Shown here in pieces: positions 24,358 through 33,185 of a DNA stretch of 56,894 bases. The stretch comes from Patescibacteria group bacterium (GTDB lineage: Bacteria; Patescibacteriota; Patescibacteriia; UBA10025; JAHIVO01), in contig JAZDEZ010000001.1 in assembly GCA_043808365.1 (NCBI GenBank), forward strand, positions 1 to 56,894. The letters are read 5' to 3'. A program made the position numbers and the translations under genes. The stretch's first letter is position 1; the number at the start of each line of letters is the position of its first letter. The notes below the pieces were generated by a model that searched no databases, was not told the origin of the DNA, and saw only the letters and a list, made by a program, of their open reading frames with translations.

Positions 24358-24888
24358 ATGTCCAGATATTTTCTCGATGGAGCGTATTATTTCATTACCG
24401 TACCAACGATTGGGCATCGGCGTTTTTTTGATACTTCGGAAAAAAAACAGTGCGTTCTAGCCAAATTCCATGAGGCTGCGCAAAAGTATCATCTACGAGA
24501 TTTTGATTTCAGTATCGTTTCCGATCATTATCATGTAGTTTCGTTTTTTGAAAAAGGTTTGTTCATTCCGAAATTTCTCCAATACGTAAATGGTGGTAGC
24601 GCGTATGTCTTCAACAAGTTGACTGGTAATAGCATACAGGTTTGGGATGAATACCATGTTTATGTCGTTGAGGATGATGCCGTTTTAGCACGAGTGTGTG
24701 GGTATGTAGTTGGGAATCCTTTAAAACATGGAGAGGTTAAGAATTTCGAAGAATTGGCACATTATCCATTCTCTAGTTATCAGCTTCTGGCGGAGCGGCT
24801 AGGTGACGAAACAGCACTAGAATATGTAAGGTCAGTGGTTCTACTGGATGATGCAAGATTGGCCAGTGACCTAACTAAAGTTTATTAG
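24358..24888 (+). CDS. REP-associated tyrosine transposase (RAYT / IS200-like HUH Y1 transposase)
   Basis: YYFITV, HUH motif SDHYHVV and C-terminal YVVGNPLKHGEVKNFEELAHYPFSSY align to remembered E. coli RayT blocks (TWFFTV, PEHMHCIW, YIYINPVKHGWVKQVSDWPFSTF). Confidence 0.8.
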   Translation: MSRYFLDGAYYFITVPTIGHRRFFDTSEKKQCVLAKFHEAAQKYHLRDFDFSIVSDHYHVVSFFEKGLFIPKFLQYVNGGSAYVFNKLTGNSIQVWDEYHVYVVEDDAVLARVCGYVVGNPLKHGEVKNFEELAHYPFSSYQLLAERLGDETALEYVRSVVLLDDARLASDLTKVY

Positions 24889-24910
24889 ATTGATTCGACT
24901 GTTTTGCAGT

Positions 24911-24933
24911 GACCCGACTGAAGTCGATAGGAA
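24911..24933 (+). repeat. REP-like module B downstream of the RAYT gene
   Basis: GACCCGACTGAAGTCGATAGGAA, near-identical to the start of module A. Confidence 0.6.
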
Positions 24934-25029
24934 AATAGACGCTCCAGGCTGGCAGTGAGCGGAAAAATTGGCTCAGTAAGAATAAAATAAAGTCGTCTTG
25001 AAATAGGGGGTGGTTTTTTATTAGGTCTT

Positions 25030-25076
25030 AACCCAACTGAAGTCAGTAAGAATTCTTAGCCACTTAAGTGGCGTCA
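25030..25076 (+). repeat. REP-like module C downstream of the RAYT gene
   Basis: AACCCAACTGAAGTCAGTAAGAATTCTTAGCCACTTAAGTGGCGTCAT; contains the perfect palindrome GCCACTTAAGTGGC. Confidence 0.6.
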
Positions 25077-25103
25077 TTGGTTGCTGGTGGAAAAATTGGT
25101 AGA

Positions 25104-25130
25104 ATAAAAAAGCACCCGCATGTCGGGGTG
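25104..25130 (-). terminator. Intrinsic terminator of the pilin-like gene
   Basis: On the minus strand CACCCCG acat GCGGGTG followed by CTTTTTTATT. Confidence 0.55.
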
Positions 25131-25150
25131 TTTTATAAAATGTTAGGTTT

Positions 25151-25552
25151 TTATGTGGTGACGTTGTTGACGCGGCCAATGACGAATGTGATCAACGCCC
25201 AGGACAGCATAATGATAATCATGCCGATGACGGCCGAAGTCAGGATGGTCTTGGCTTTTTTAACGCGTTCTTCGTTGCCGGCCGCCGTCATCCACATGAA
25301 GCCGCCAATGATAATCATGACGACTGCCGCCAAGCCGAGAAATCCCAACACCCATTGAATTGTCCTGATGGTAATGTCCACTGGGCTCGCGGACGGTAAT
25401 TTTAGTTCTTGCTTGATTGTCCCTCCCGGATCAAACTGGATGCTGTCCACGGCCAGGGCAGGAAGGCTGAAAAGGGCGAACAGCGAAAAACTGACAGCCA
25501 ATGCAAAACCAAATAGGGCGATTTTTTTGTTGGTCAATCCTTTTCTATTCAT
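25151..25552 (-). CDS. TrbC/VirB2-like small pilin-type membrane protein (tentative)
   Basis: Start moved to MNRKGLTNKK; signal/anchor helix, then two TM helices flanking MTAAGNEERVKKAK, the layout of VirB2/TrbC-type pilins. Confidence 0.45.
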   Translation of the reverse strand: MNRKGLTNKKIALFGFALAVSFSLFALFSLPALAVDSIQFDPGGTIKQELKLPSASPVDITIRTIQWVLGFLGLAAVVMIIIGGFMWMTAAGNEERVKKAKTILTSAVIGMIIIMLSWALITFVIGRVNNVTT

Positions 25553-25675
25553 GCCATTAGTATAAACCCCCAGCGAGCTTACTGTCAAAAGCAGTCCCTT
25601 GACTTTGATGGTGTTTTTGGCATAAGATGGAGCATTGAACATTGACAATTAACATTCTGAAATAGGAGCATTAAT

Positions 25676-26884
25676 ATGGCTAGAGATCCATTCGGCGGCG
25701 GCCAGGAACGGATGATTATTGTGCCGTCGGTACGCCAACATCGTCAACAAGCACGTATTGGATTGGCCGGGAGCACGATCGGAGTCGCTTTGGGCGGCCG
25801 ACATCAGGGTAAGGTGGCAATCCCTTGCTGGCGTGGGAGCAAATCCGCGGATTTGCTTAATGCCGCTGTCCGAGTCACTCAGTACCGTTTGGTCAGCGAC
25901 ATATATACTGCCCTGCGCCAGGTAGATCATGTGCTATCCGGCTATAATGATCAAGGGCTGATTGCTGAAAAAGAGAGGCTGTACCAGGCTGTCTCAGTTG
26001 CCCGCCAATTGTATGATGAGTTGCTTGGCCTGAAAGTCGAGACGCTCGATGCAAAAGCCGGGGCAATCAGGGAGTGCGCCAGACAAGTGATCGACCATGT
26101 CGGCAGGAAATCAAGCGACTCATTTAAAAAAGCTATCCGTGGTTCCGCGGTTTCTATCCTGAGCGTCCTTGACAGCAGGAAGCGGGTAAACCAATCGGCC
26201 AAGCTGGCCCAAGTGGTCCGTATCCGGCAGGGACTCTATCGCCGCTTGGTGACCATACAAGCAATGGAGCCAAACCTGTTCCGTCGCCTGCATTCATTCC
26301 GCCTGCTTATTGAAGAAGCGGAACGGCTGTTTGGCAATGTGTCGGGATATTTATCTGATAATCTCGGGTGCCTCTATTGCCGGCAAAAGCTGACGCAAGT
26401 GGAGCAGGGACAATTGGTAACGGCATTGCAAGAATATGCGTATGAGCTGGAGCGGCTGGACATCCGGCCGTTTCTCAACCCGTGCCGGCGCCTGGCCAAT
26501 GAACTCCGCAAAGGGGCGTATTACATTTCCGTGGGCCGCAACCATGCCGCCCAGACGGTCCTGCACCGCGCGGAAGAGTCGCTCAAAATACGCGGAATCC
26601 GTTCGGACATAGAACGGTTCATCAGTTATCTCACGGAACTGCTTTACCGGCCTCACCGCCTAATTCCTTCCAAGGACTTAGGCAGGATCAAGCGGGGCCT
26701 GAACGATCTGCGCTGCCGGATCGGGAGAATAGATGAGTATCGCTTCATTCATCCCGTTTGTTCACGGGCATTGATGCAATTGATTGAGGCGATTTCCATC
26801 GCGAAAAACTTGACGTTCAGCAGCCAGATCGGCGATCTCGCGCACCTCAAAGGTAAGCTTAAAGAGACTGCCCGTGGGCTGTAA
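25676..26884 (+). CDS. Hypothetical Arg-rich, probably all-helical protein, 402 aa
   Basis: AGGAG 7 nt upstream of the ATG; no motif recognised. Confidence 0.6.
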   Translation: MARDPFGGGQERMIIVPSVRQHRQQARIGLAGSTIGVALGGRHQGKVAIPCWRGSKSADLLNAAVRVTQYRLVSDIYTALRQVDHVLSGYNDQGLIAEKERLYQAVSVARQLYDELLGLKVETLDAKAGAIRECARQVIDHVGRKSSDSFKKAIRGSAVSILSVLDSRKRVNQSAKLAQVVRIRQGLYRRLVTIQAMEPNLFRRLHSFRLLIEEAERLFGNVSGYLSDNLGCLYCRQKLTQVEQGQLVTALQEYAYELERLDIRPFLNPCRRLANELRKGAYYISVGRNHAAQTVLHRAEESLKIRGIRSDIERFISYLTELLYRPHRLIPSKDLGRIKRGLNDLRCRIGRIDEYRFIHPVCSRALMQLIEAISIAKNLTFSSQIGDLAHLKGKLKETARGL

Positions 26885-26906
26885 CCATTAACCCAGAGGA
26901 GGTTGC

Positions 26907-28130
26907 ATGGCCTTACCGTTTTGGATCCGCCGTCCGCTCCTCTGGTGCCGTTTGGCATTTGAGGGGCTGACCCGGTGGAAAGAGAGAATGCTATACGCGT
27001 TCTTCAAGTTGCCGCTGGTGGCACCCCTGTTCCGCTATATCACGCCGAATGACCTGTGCTATCTGCGCATGTTCGCCGGCGTGATTATCATCTTCTTGTA
27101 CTTGCGCGGTTTCTACTCAGCGCTGTTGCCGGTTTTCGCCGTGGCCGTTACCCTCGATTTTATTGACGGACCGTTAGCCCGTTATAGCAACCTTGTGTCG
27201 GAAGAGGGAAAAGTGCTTGATGCTAATGCTGACAAAGTGCTGGTACTCATCCCGCTCCTGCTGATCGGATTCGACCGACTGAACGGCCAATTAGTGACCT
27301 GGCTGATGGTGGTAGAATTTTTTCTCTTTTTGGTTGCCAATTACCTGAAGCCGATCCTGCGCGGTCGCTATGGGATTCCATTGGTTTCTGGTTCAAATTC
27401 GTTTGGCCAGATAAAGATGGCGATCGAGTCCGTGGCTATCGGCATCGTCCTCTATGATCCAACCAGTACTACGGTAATTGTGTGGGGGCAATGGCTTATT
27501 TTTTTCGGCATTTGTTTTGGCATTTTGAGCCTGTTGCGGCATCTTGGTCGGGTGGAACGCGGCGCGCATTTGGATCCGCACAAGCGGCTTATTACCGTCC
27601 CAAACTTGATTACATTAGGCAGTCTGTTCCTGTTCATCCCGGCCGGATTCGCCATTGCTCATGGACAATGGGTGATTGCGGCAGTATACATCGGCTTGGT
27701 TTTTATTTCCGATTGGTTGGATGGATTCATTGCTCGGAAGTTTCACCAGGAAACTTATTTTGGCGCCGCCTTGGATCCTTTCCGGGATTTCTTGGCCCGC
27801 GGCTTTTTGACCGGCTGGATGATCGCGTTGCTTCCCCCGGCCGCCAAGGCGTTTCTGGCAGCGATCGTCATTACCGAAATTTTTACGGCAGTGATGAATA
27901 TCCGCACGTCGATCCAAATCCGTCAGTTGTTCGGAGTGACCTTCGCCGGAAAAGTTCGGGGTTTTGTCCATTATCTGGCCATTGGCGCGCTGTTTCTGTA
28001 TTTGGCTGACGCGTATCAATTGCCGCTGATGGGCATCATGGCGATTTTATCGGTGATGCTGTTAGCTTCTTTGGCGGGCCTGATTTCGTACGTCAATAAT
28101 CGCTCGCGTTTGTTGGAGGAAAAACGCTAA
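26907..28130 (+). CDS. Tandem-fused CDP-alcohol phosphatidyltransferase (two catalytic modules)
   Basis: Two copies of the D-x2-D-G-x2-A-R...G-x3-D-x3-D signature: DFIDGPLARYSNLVSEEGKVLDANADK and SDWLDGFIARKFHQETYFGAALDPFRD. Confidence 0.8.
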   Translation: MALPFWIRRPLLWCRLAFEGLTRWKERMLYAFFKLPLVAPLFRYITPNDLCYLRMFAGVIIIFLYLRGFYSALLPVFAVAVTLDFIDGPLARYSNLVSEEGKVLDANADKVLVLIPLLLIGFDRLNGQLVTWLMVVEFFLFLVANYLKPILRGRYGIPLVSGSNSFGQIKMAIESVAIGIVLYDPTSTTVIVWGQWLIFFGICFGILSLLRHLGRVERGAHLDPHKRLITVPNLITLGSLFLFIPAGFAIAHGQWVIAAVYIGLVFISDWLDGFIARKFHQETYFGAALDPFRDFLARGFLTGWMIALLPPAAKAFLAAIVITEIFTAVMNIRTSIQIRQLFGVTFAGKVRGFVHYLAIGALFLYLADAYQLPLMGIMAILSVMLLASLAGLISYVNNRSRLLEEKR

Positions 28131-28146
28131 CGCTGTTCTTTGATAG

Positions 28147-28179
28147 CCGTCTGCTCAACATCAAGCAGACGGTTTTTTT
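28147..28179 (+). terminator. Intrinsic terminator
   Basis: CCGTCTGCT caacatca AGCAGACGG followed by TTTTTTT. Confidence 0.8.
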
Positions 28180-28306
28180 ATTCCCCCACACCATTCCTAC
28201 TTTTTTCATATTACATAAATTAAGCTTTCTCTTATATTTTTTAATTTATTGGAATGGTGTGGGGAATTTGCGAAAATCGAGGGAAATCGTTATAATAGCC
28301 ATTACT

Positions 28307-29650
28307 ATGCCGAACCAAGTTTCCATGGAAAAAATCACTTCCTTCGCCAAAAGGCGCGGTTTCATTTTCCAATCCGGAGAGAAGTACGGAGGTTTGCAGG
28401 GCTTCTGGGATTTCGGACCGCTGGGAGTTGAATTGAAAAATAATATCAAGAAAGCCTGGTGGAAGCGGTTTGTGCAAGAGCGTGACGATGTGGTCGGATT
28501 GGATTCGGCTATCATCACTAATCCGACGGTGTGGGAGAAGAGTGGGCATGTGGCTGGTTTTTCAGATGTTCTGCTTGAGTGTAAAGAATGTCATCAGCGT
28601 TTTAAAAAAGAGGATATTTCAGCAGCTGATGGGAGCGGTGGAAGTTGCCCGAGTTGTAGTAGTAGAAATTTTGCACCAGAGCGTAAATTTAACACTATGT
28701 TCAAGACGTTTGTCGGTCCAGCCGAGGATTCTGCGTCAGTCGCATATTTACGTCCAGAAACGGCACAGAACATTTTCGTTAACTTTGACAACGTACGGCA
28801 GTCCATGCGCTTGCGAGCGCCATTCGGCATTGCCCAGATCGGCAAAGCATTCCGCAACGAGATTACGCCGGGCAATTTCATATTCCGGTCGCGCGAATTC
28901 GAACAGATGGAGCTGGAGTATTTCGTCAATCCAAAAGAAGATTCGAAATGGTTTAAGAAATGGGTGGAGGACAGTTATGATTGGTTTATCGATTTGGGAT
29001 TGAAGAAGGAGAATTTACGGAAGTACGAGCAGAAAAAAGCCGAGTTAGCCCACTATGCCAAAGAAACGGTGGATCTGGAATACCATTTCGGGTTCGAGAA
29101 GGGCTGGGCCGAGCTGATGGGCATTGCCAACCGGACAGACTTTGACTTGAAAGCGCACGGGTTCGACAAGTATAAGGACGATATTACAAAAGAAGAATAC
29201 TGGCCTCACGTCATTGAACCGTCGGCCGGCGTTGACCGGGCGGCATTGGCATTTTTATTGGACGCGTACCATGAGGTTGAGGGTGGCCGGACGACGACTA
29301 CGGAAAGCAACAAAGAAATTGAAGTTGTTTTGCGTCTGCACAAAGACTTAGCGCCGTTTAAGGCGGCCGTACTACCGCTATCAAAAAAAGAACAGGTCAG
29401 TAAACCGGCTTTAGATATTTATCATGACCTGCAAAAGCATTTCATGGTGGCTTATGATGACGTCTCGTCAATCGGCCGGCGGTATCGGAGGCAGGACGAG
29501 ATCGGCACGCCATATTGCATCACTTTTGATTTCGACAGTTTGGAAGACAAGAAAGTCACTGTCCGCGACCGCGATACCATGAAGCAGGAGAGAATCGGGA
29601 TAGGAGAACTGGTTGGGTATTTGGGCAAGTTTTTAGGTTTTGATTGCTAG
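28307..29650 (+). CDS. glyQS: Glycyl-tRNA synthetase (alpha2 type)
   Basis: KRRGFIFQSGEKYGGLQGFWDFGPLG and class II motif 2 FRNEITPGNFIFRSREFEQMELEYF; start could also be the ATG at 28325. Confidence 0.9.
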   Translation: MPNQVSMEKITSFAKRRGFIFQSGEKYGGLQGFWDFGPLGVELKNNIKKAWWKRFVQERDDVVGLDSAIITNPTVWEKSGHVAGFSDVLLECKECHQRFKKEDISAADGSGGSCPSCSSRNFAPERKFNTMFKTFVGPAEDSASVAYLRPETAQNIFVNFDNVRQSMRLRAPFGIAQIGKAFRNEITPGNFIFRSREFEQMELEYFVNPKEDSKWFKKWVEDSYDWFIDLGLKKENLRKYEQKKAELAHYAKETVDLEYHFGFEKGWAELMGIANRTDFDLKAHGFDKYKDDITKEEYWPHVIEPSAGVDRAALAFLLDAYHEVEGGRTTTTESNKEIEVVLRLHKDLAPFKAAVLPLSKKEQVSKPALDIYHDLQKHFMVAYDDVSSIGRRYRRQDEIGTPYCITFDFDSLEDKKVTVRDRDTMKQERIGIGELVGYLGKFLGFDC

Positions 29651-29660
29651 AGGTTTGATA

Positions 29661-29709
29661 GGAAGTTAGAAGTTAGTTTATGGGGTGGGAGGTGGGCAGT
29701 GGGGCCATT
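29661..29709 (+). repeat. Purine/T-rich heptamer-periodic tract
   Basis: ggaagtt agaagtt agtttat ggggtgg gaggtgg gcagtgg ggccatt, immediately after glyQS. Confidence 0.5.
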
Positions 29710-29769
29710 CCTCACCGCTCTAATTTTACTACGATTATTTCGAGGTGGCGTTATTAAAAAATATCATAT

Positions 29770-30207
29770 ATGAAATATTTAATTAAAAATTTACAAAGTA
29801 TCCACCTTACTCCGGAGTTTTTTACGACGCTGGAGCATTTGTCAAAAACCGTAGAGCCGAACATTCCCAAGGCGAAAAAGACCTGGAAACTTATCAGGAA
29901 GAACCCCAGCCACAAGATTTTCGTGGCCGTGGATGAACGCAACAAGGTTGTCGGATTGGCAACGCTGGTCATCGAGCAGAAGTTCGTGCATCGGTTTGGC
30001 AGGATGTCGCACCTTGAGGATGTGGCAGTCCGATTGGGCTTCGAAGGGCAAGGAATTGGTCGTGCGCTTGTGAGGCGGGCGATCAAAGAAGCGAAGAAAG
30101 CTGGGTGTTACCGGATACGTCTGTTCTGCCTTGATAGTAACATCCGTTTCTATAAGAAATCAGGTTTTCGACTCAATGAAAACGGGATGCAGTTGGATTT
30201 GAAATAA
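29770..30207 (+). CDS. GNAT family N-acetyltransferase
   Basis: Motif A region VAVRLGFEGQGIGRALV and C-terminal FYKKSGF. Confidence 0.8.
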   Translation: MKYLIKNLQSIHLTPEFFTTLEHLSKTVEPNIPKAKKTWKLIRKNPSHKIFVAVDERNKVVGLATLVIEQKFVHRFGRMSHLEDVAVRLGFEGQGIGRALVRRAIKEAKKAGCYRIRLFCLDSNIRFYKKSGFRLNENGMQLDLK

Positions 30208-30375
30208 GTCGCCCCCTTCATTATCATCCTGAGGAACCCGAGCGAAGGCGAGGGTGACGTGAGGATCTCCTTGGTTATTCCAAACCGAGATTGCCACGTC
30301 GCACACTGCGCTGGCTCCTCGCAATGACAGAGGTGGGGGGCGGTCTGAAGGTTAATTTAACAATAACAATAAAAT

Positions 30376-31644
30376 ATGTTCAAAAAGTACGTATTGCCGA
30401 ACAAGCTGAAAGTGCTGATCGCGCCGATGAAGGAGACGAAAGCGGTGACCGCGCTCATGCTCGTCAAAGTAGGGTCAAGATATGAGCAGAAAAAAATCAA
30501 CGGGTCCTCGCATTTTGTCGAGCACCTCATGTTCAAAGGCACGCCGCGCCGGCCGACAACGCAGATATTGTCCCAGGAATTGGACAGTATCGGCGCTGAC
30601 TATAACGCGTTCACGTCAAAAGACCACACCGGATATTACATCAAAGCCGCGGTGACGCATCTGCCGCTGCTCTTGGACATGCTGTCCGATATGCTGTTCA
30701 ATTCAAAATTTGAAGGCTCGGAAATTGAAAAGGAACGGGGAGTCATCATTGAGGAAATAAACATGTATGAGGACAACCCGCTGATGTACATGGAGGATTT
30801 ATTTGAGGAAACGGTGTATGGCGACCATCCGCTGGGCTGGAACATCGCCGGACCGCGCGACGTGATCCGCAAAGTGTCGCGGGACGACCTGGTCGGATAT
30901 TACAAACGCCATTACCAGCCCGCCAACATGCTGCTGGTCCTGGCCGGCAATATCCCCGCAAAGGCTCGGGCTTTGATAAAAAAATATTTCAGTATCGCGC
31001 CCCGCGGAAAGTTCACGGCTGAAAAATTTGTCGTGGCCGCGGAGACGCAGCATCATTCGCATACCCGCATTAAGCATAAAGACACGGAGCAGGTCCAGAT
31101 AGCACTTGGGTTCCCGGCATATTCATTGTTCGACAAACGCACGTACCCCTTGTCTTTATTATCAGTGATCATGGGCGGTAATATGAGCTCGCGGCTTTTC
31201 ATTAATATCCGTGAACGGCAGGGTTTGTGCTATTTTATCAGGGCGTCGGTTAATGTATTTGAGGATACCGGCAGCCTGGTAGTACAGGCTGGCCTGGACA
31301 AGAAACGGATCAAGGAGGCAATCACGGCCATTCTCAATGAATTGACGGCCGTCCGTGATAATGGCGTAACAGCCAAGGAATTACGCAAGGCGAAAGATTA
31401 CCTGAAAGGCAAGCTTATTCTGGATCTGGAATCGTCAGAAAATGTCGCCGGATGGATCGGCAAGCAGGAATTACTGCGTAAGAGAATCATTTCACCAGCC
31501 GAACAGATGAAGCGATTGGAAAAAGTGACGGTGGCCGATATTTCAAAAGTAGCGCGCGAACTGTTGCGTTCTGACCGGGCGAACCTGGCGTTGATCGGGC
31601 CATATCAAGATGCTGGTGAGTTTTCCCCACTTTTAAAACTGTAA
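30376..31644 (+). CDS. M16 (pitrilysin) family zinc peptidase
   Basis: Inverted zinc motif HFVEHLMFKGT (HxxEH) and downstream EREVI-like ERGVIIEE. Confidence 0.85.
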   Translation: MFKKYVLPNKLKVLIAPMKETKAVTALMLVKVGSRYEQKKINGSSHFVEHLMFKGTPRRPTTQILSQELDSIGADYNAFTSKDHTGYYIKAAVTHLPLLLDMLSDMLFNSKFEGSEIEKERGVIIEEINMYEDNPLMYMEDLFEETVYGDHPLGWNIAGPRDVIRKVSRDDLVGYYKRHYQPANMLLVLAGNIPAKARALIKKYFSIAPRGKFTAEKFVVAAETQHHSHTRIKHKDTEQVQIALGFPAYSLFDKRTYPLSLLSVIMGGNMSSRLFINIRERQGLCYFIRASVNVFEDTGSLVVQAGLDKKRIKEAITAILNELTAVRDNGVTAKELRKAKDYLKGKLILDLESSENVAGWIGKQELLRKRIISPAEQMKRLEKVTVADISKVARELLRSDRANLALIGPYQDAGEFSPLLKL

Positions 31645-31688
31645 GAAATGGTGTATTATGGAGGTGGCGTTTAACGTTATCGCGGCCT

Positions 31689-31756
31689 GTATCGTCTCAC
31701 GGTATCGTTCAATGGGATAGTGTAGAAGAAACGATACCCTCTGACGCAAACGATAC
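31689..31756 (+). other. Nested inverted repeats in the leader of the permease gene
   Basis: Outer GTATCGT/ACGATAC and inner GGTATCGTT/AACGATACC around a 20-nt loop. Confidence 0.4.
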
Positions 31757-31798
31757 GAGCAGCGACACCGAAGCCGATAATCGTTACCTTCAGTGAGT

Positions 31799-32857
31799 AT
31801 GACCGAAGACAACCGCCATCTGACTATCAATATTTCAACCTCAGCCATTTTTAAAGTGATTGCGGTACTGGTTTTATTGGCGTTAATTTACCTGTTGCGC
31901 GATGTCATTCTCATCATTCTCGTGTCATTCATCCTGGCGAGCGCGCTTAACCCGTGGGTCAATGCCCTGCAGCGGCGGCGCATTCCGAGAGTGCTGGCCA
32001 CGGTCATCATTTTCCTGGCGTTTTTCGGGACATTCGTATTGATCCTCGTGCTCCTCATCCCGCCGATTGCCACGCAGATTACCGACATCTCGAAAAATTT
32101 ACCGTCATATTATAACCGGATCATGACGGATTTCGAGAAATTCAAGGATTTTTCATTGCAGCAGAACATCCTGAATTCACTGCAGAATTCCCTGCAATCG
32201 CTCCAGTCAAACCTCGGCCAGACAGCAGCCGGCGTATTCAGCACTGTCGCCAGCGTATTCGGCGGTTTCGTATCCTTCATTTTCATGGTGGTCATTACTT
32301 TCTATATGCTGCTGGAAGAAAATGCCTTGAAAAAATTCATCAAATCAGTCACCCCGTCAAAATACCAGCCCTATATTTTCCAGCTGATTAACCGCGCGCA
32401 AGACCGCCTCCGTTTGTGGCTGCGTGGCCAGCTGATTTTATGCCTTATTATCGGTTTTCTGGCCTGGCTTGGCCTGACCATTTTAGGCGTAAAATATTCC
32501 CTAGTGCTTGGGCTGTGGGCGGGTCTGACGGAATTTATCCCATACCTCGGGCCATTCTTGGGAGGTATCCCGGCGGTGTTCATCGCCCTTACGACCGGCA
32601 GTTTCATAAAAGCGGTTTTAGTCCTGGGCTGGTATATCGTCATCCAGCAGCTTGAGAACCATCTGATCGTGCCGAAAGTCATGGAAAAAACCGTCGGGCT
32701 GAACCCGCTCGTGGTGATCATCATCATGCTCATTGGCGGCAAGCTGGCCGGCATGGTCGGAATATTATTGGCCGTGCCGCTGGCGCTGGTCATAAAAGTT
32801 TTCGCTGAGGATTTTTTCGCCCTGAAAGAGTCGGAAGAGAATACGCTGGAAGCGTAA
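31799..32857 (+). CDS. AI-2E family (PerM/YhhT-like) transporter
   Basis: ~350 aa, 7-8 TM helices, conserved EFIPYLGP and LVIQQLENHLIVPKVM blocks. Confidence 0.85.
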   Translation: MTEDNRHLTINISTSAIFKVIAVLVLLALIYLLRDVILIILVSFILASALNPWVNALQRRRIPRVLATVIIFLAFFGTFVLILVLLIPPIATQITDISKNLPSYYNRIMTDFEKFKDFSLQQNILNSLQNSLQSLQSNLGQTAAGVFSTVASVFGGFVSFIFMVVITFYMLLEENALKKFIKSVTPSKYQPYIFQLINRAQDRLRLWLRGQLILCLIIGFLAWLGLTILGVKYSLVLGLWAGLTEFIPYLGPFLGGIPAVFIALTTGSFIKAVLVLGWYIVIQQLENHLIVPKVMEKTVGLNPLVVIIIMLIGGKLAGMVGILLAVPLALVIKVFAEDFFALKESEENTLEA

Positions 32858-32891
32858 ATGGAAAAAGCCGTGTACGAGAAGTGGTTCAGGT

Positions 32892-33098
32892 TCACGGCTT
32901 TTTTTGTTTTTTCAGGCGTTTGTTCTGGCGGCGGATGTGCAAATTGTGCTTGGCCCGCCGTTCGGATGGGGAAGTGAATTGCAAATGCCGGTTGATGTCT
33001 TGCTTGGTGCCGGTTTTCCAAAAGAGCCTAGAAAATATCCTGATGGCCTTTTCGATCGACATGCCTGGCGTGAGTTTGACCTCGAAATTGGTGGCCAT
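32892..33098 (-). CDS. rpsU: 30S ribosomal protein S21
   Basis: 68-aa basic ORF MATNFEVKLTPGMSIEKAIRIFSRLFWKTGTKQDINRHLQFTSPSERRAKHN...; GGAGGG 4 nt upstream of the ATG at 33098. Confidence 0.7.
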   Translation of the reverse strand: MATNFEVKLTPGMSIEKAIRIFSRLFWKTGTKQDINRHLQFTSPSERRAKHNLHIRRQNKRLKKQKKP

Positions 33099-33185
33099 AT
33101 GCCCTCCAGTTCTGTATTTGATTTTCAATTCAGTATAGGCGTGAACCCGTTTAACGTCAAGTGGATTAGTTGGTATACTGGGAGC

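Noticed and set aside
24117-24431. 104-aa ORF upstream of the RAYT gene
   Set aside because: It is composed of the REP-like palindromes and the nested hairpin, overlaps the RAYT start, and has no ribosome-binding site.
30208-30375. GC-rich segment after the GNAT gene (ATCCTGAGG...GTGAGGATC, GATTGCCACGTCGCAC...CGCAATGAC) as another REP/RAYT-family copy
   Set aside because: Only short imperfect stems (about 5 bp) can be drawn, and it shares no extended identity with the other hairpin families in the window. It may be a degenerate repeat, but I cannot support this from the sequence alone.
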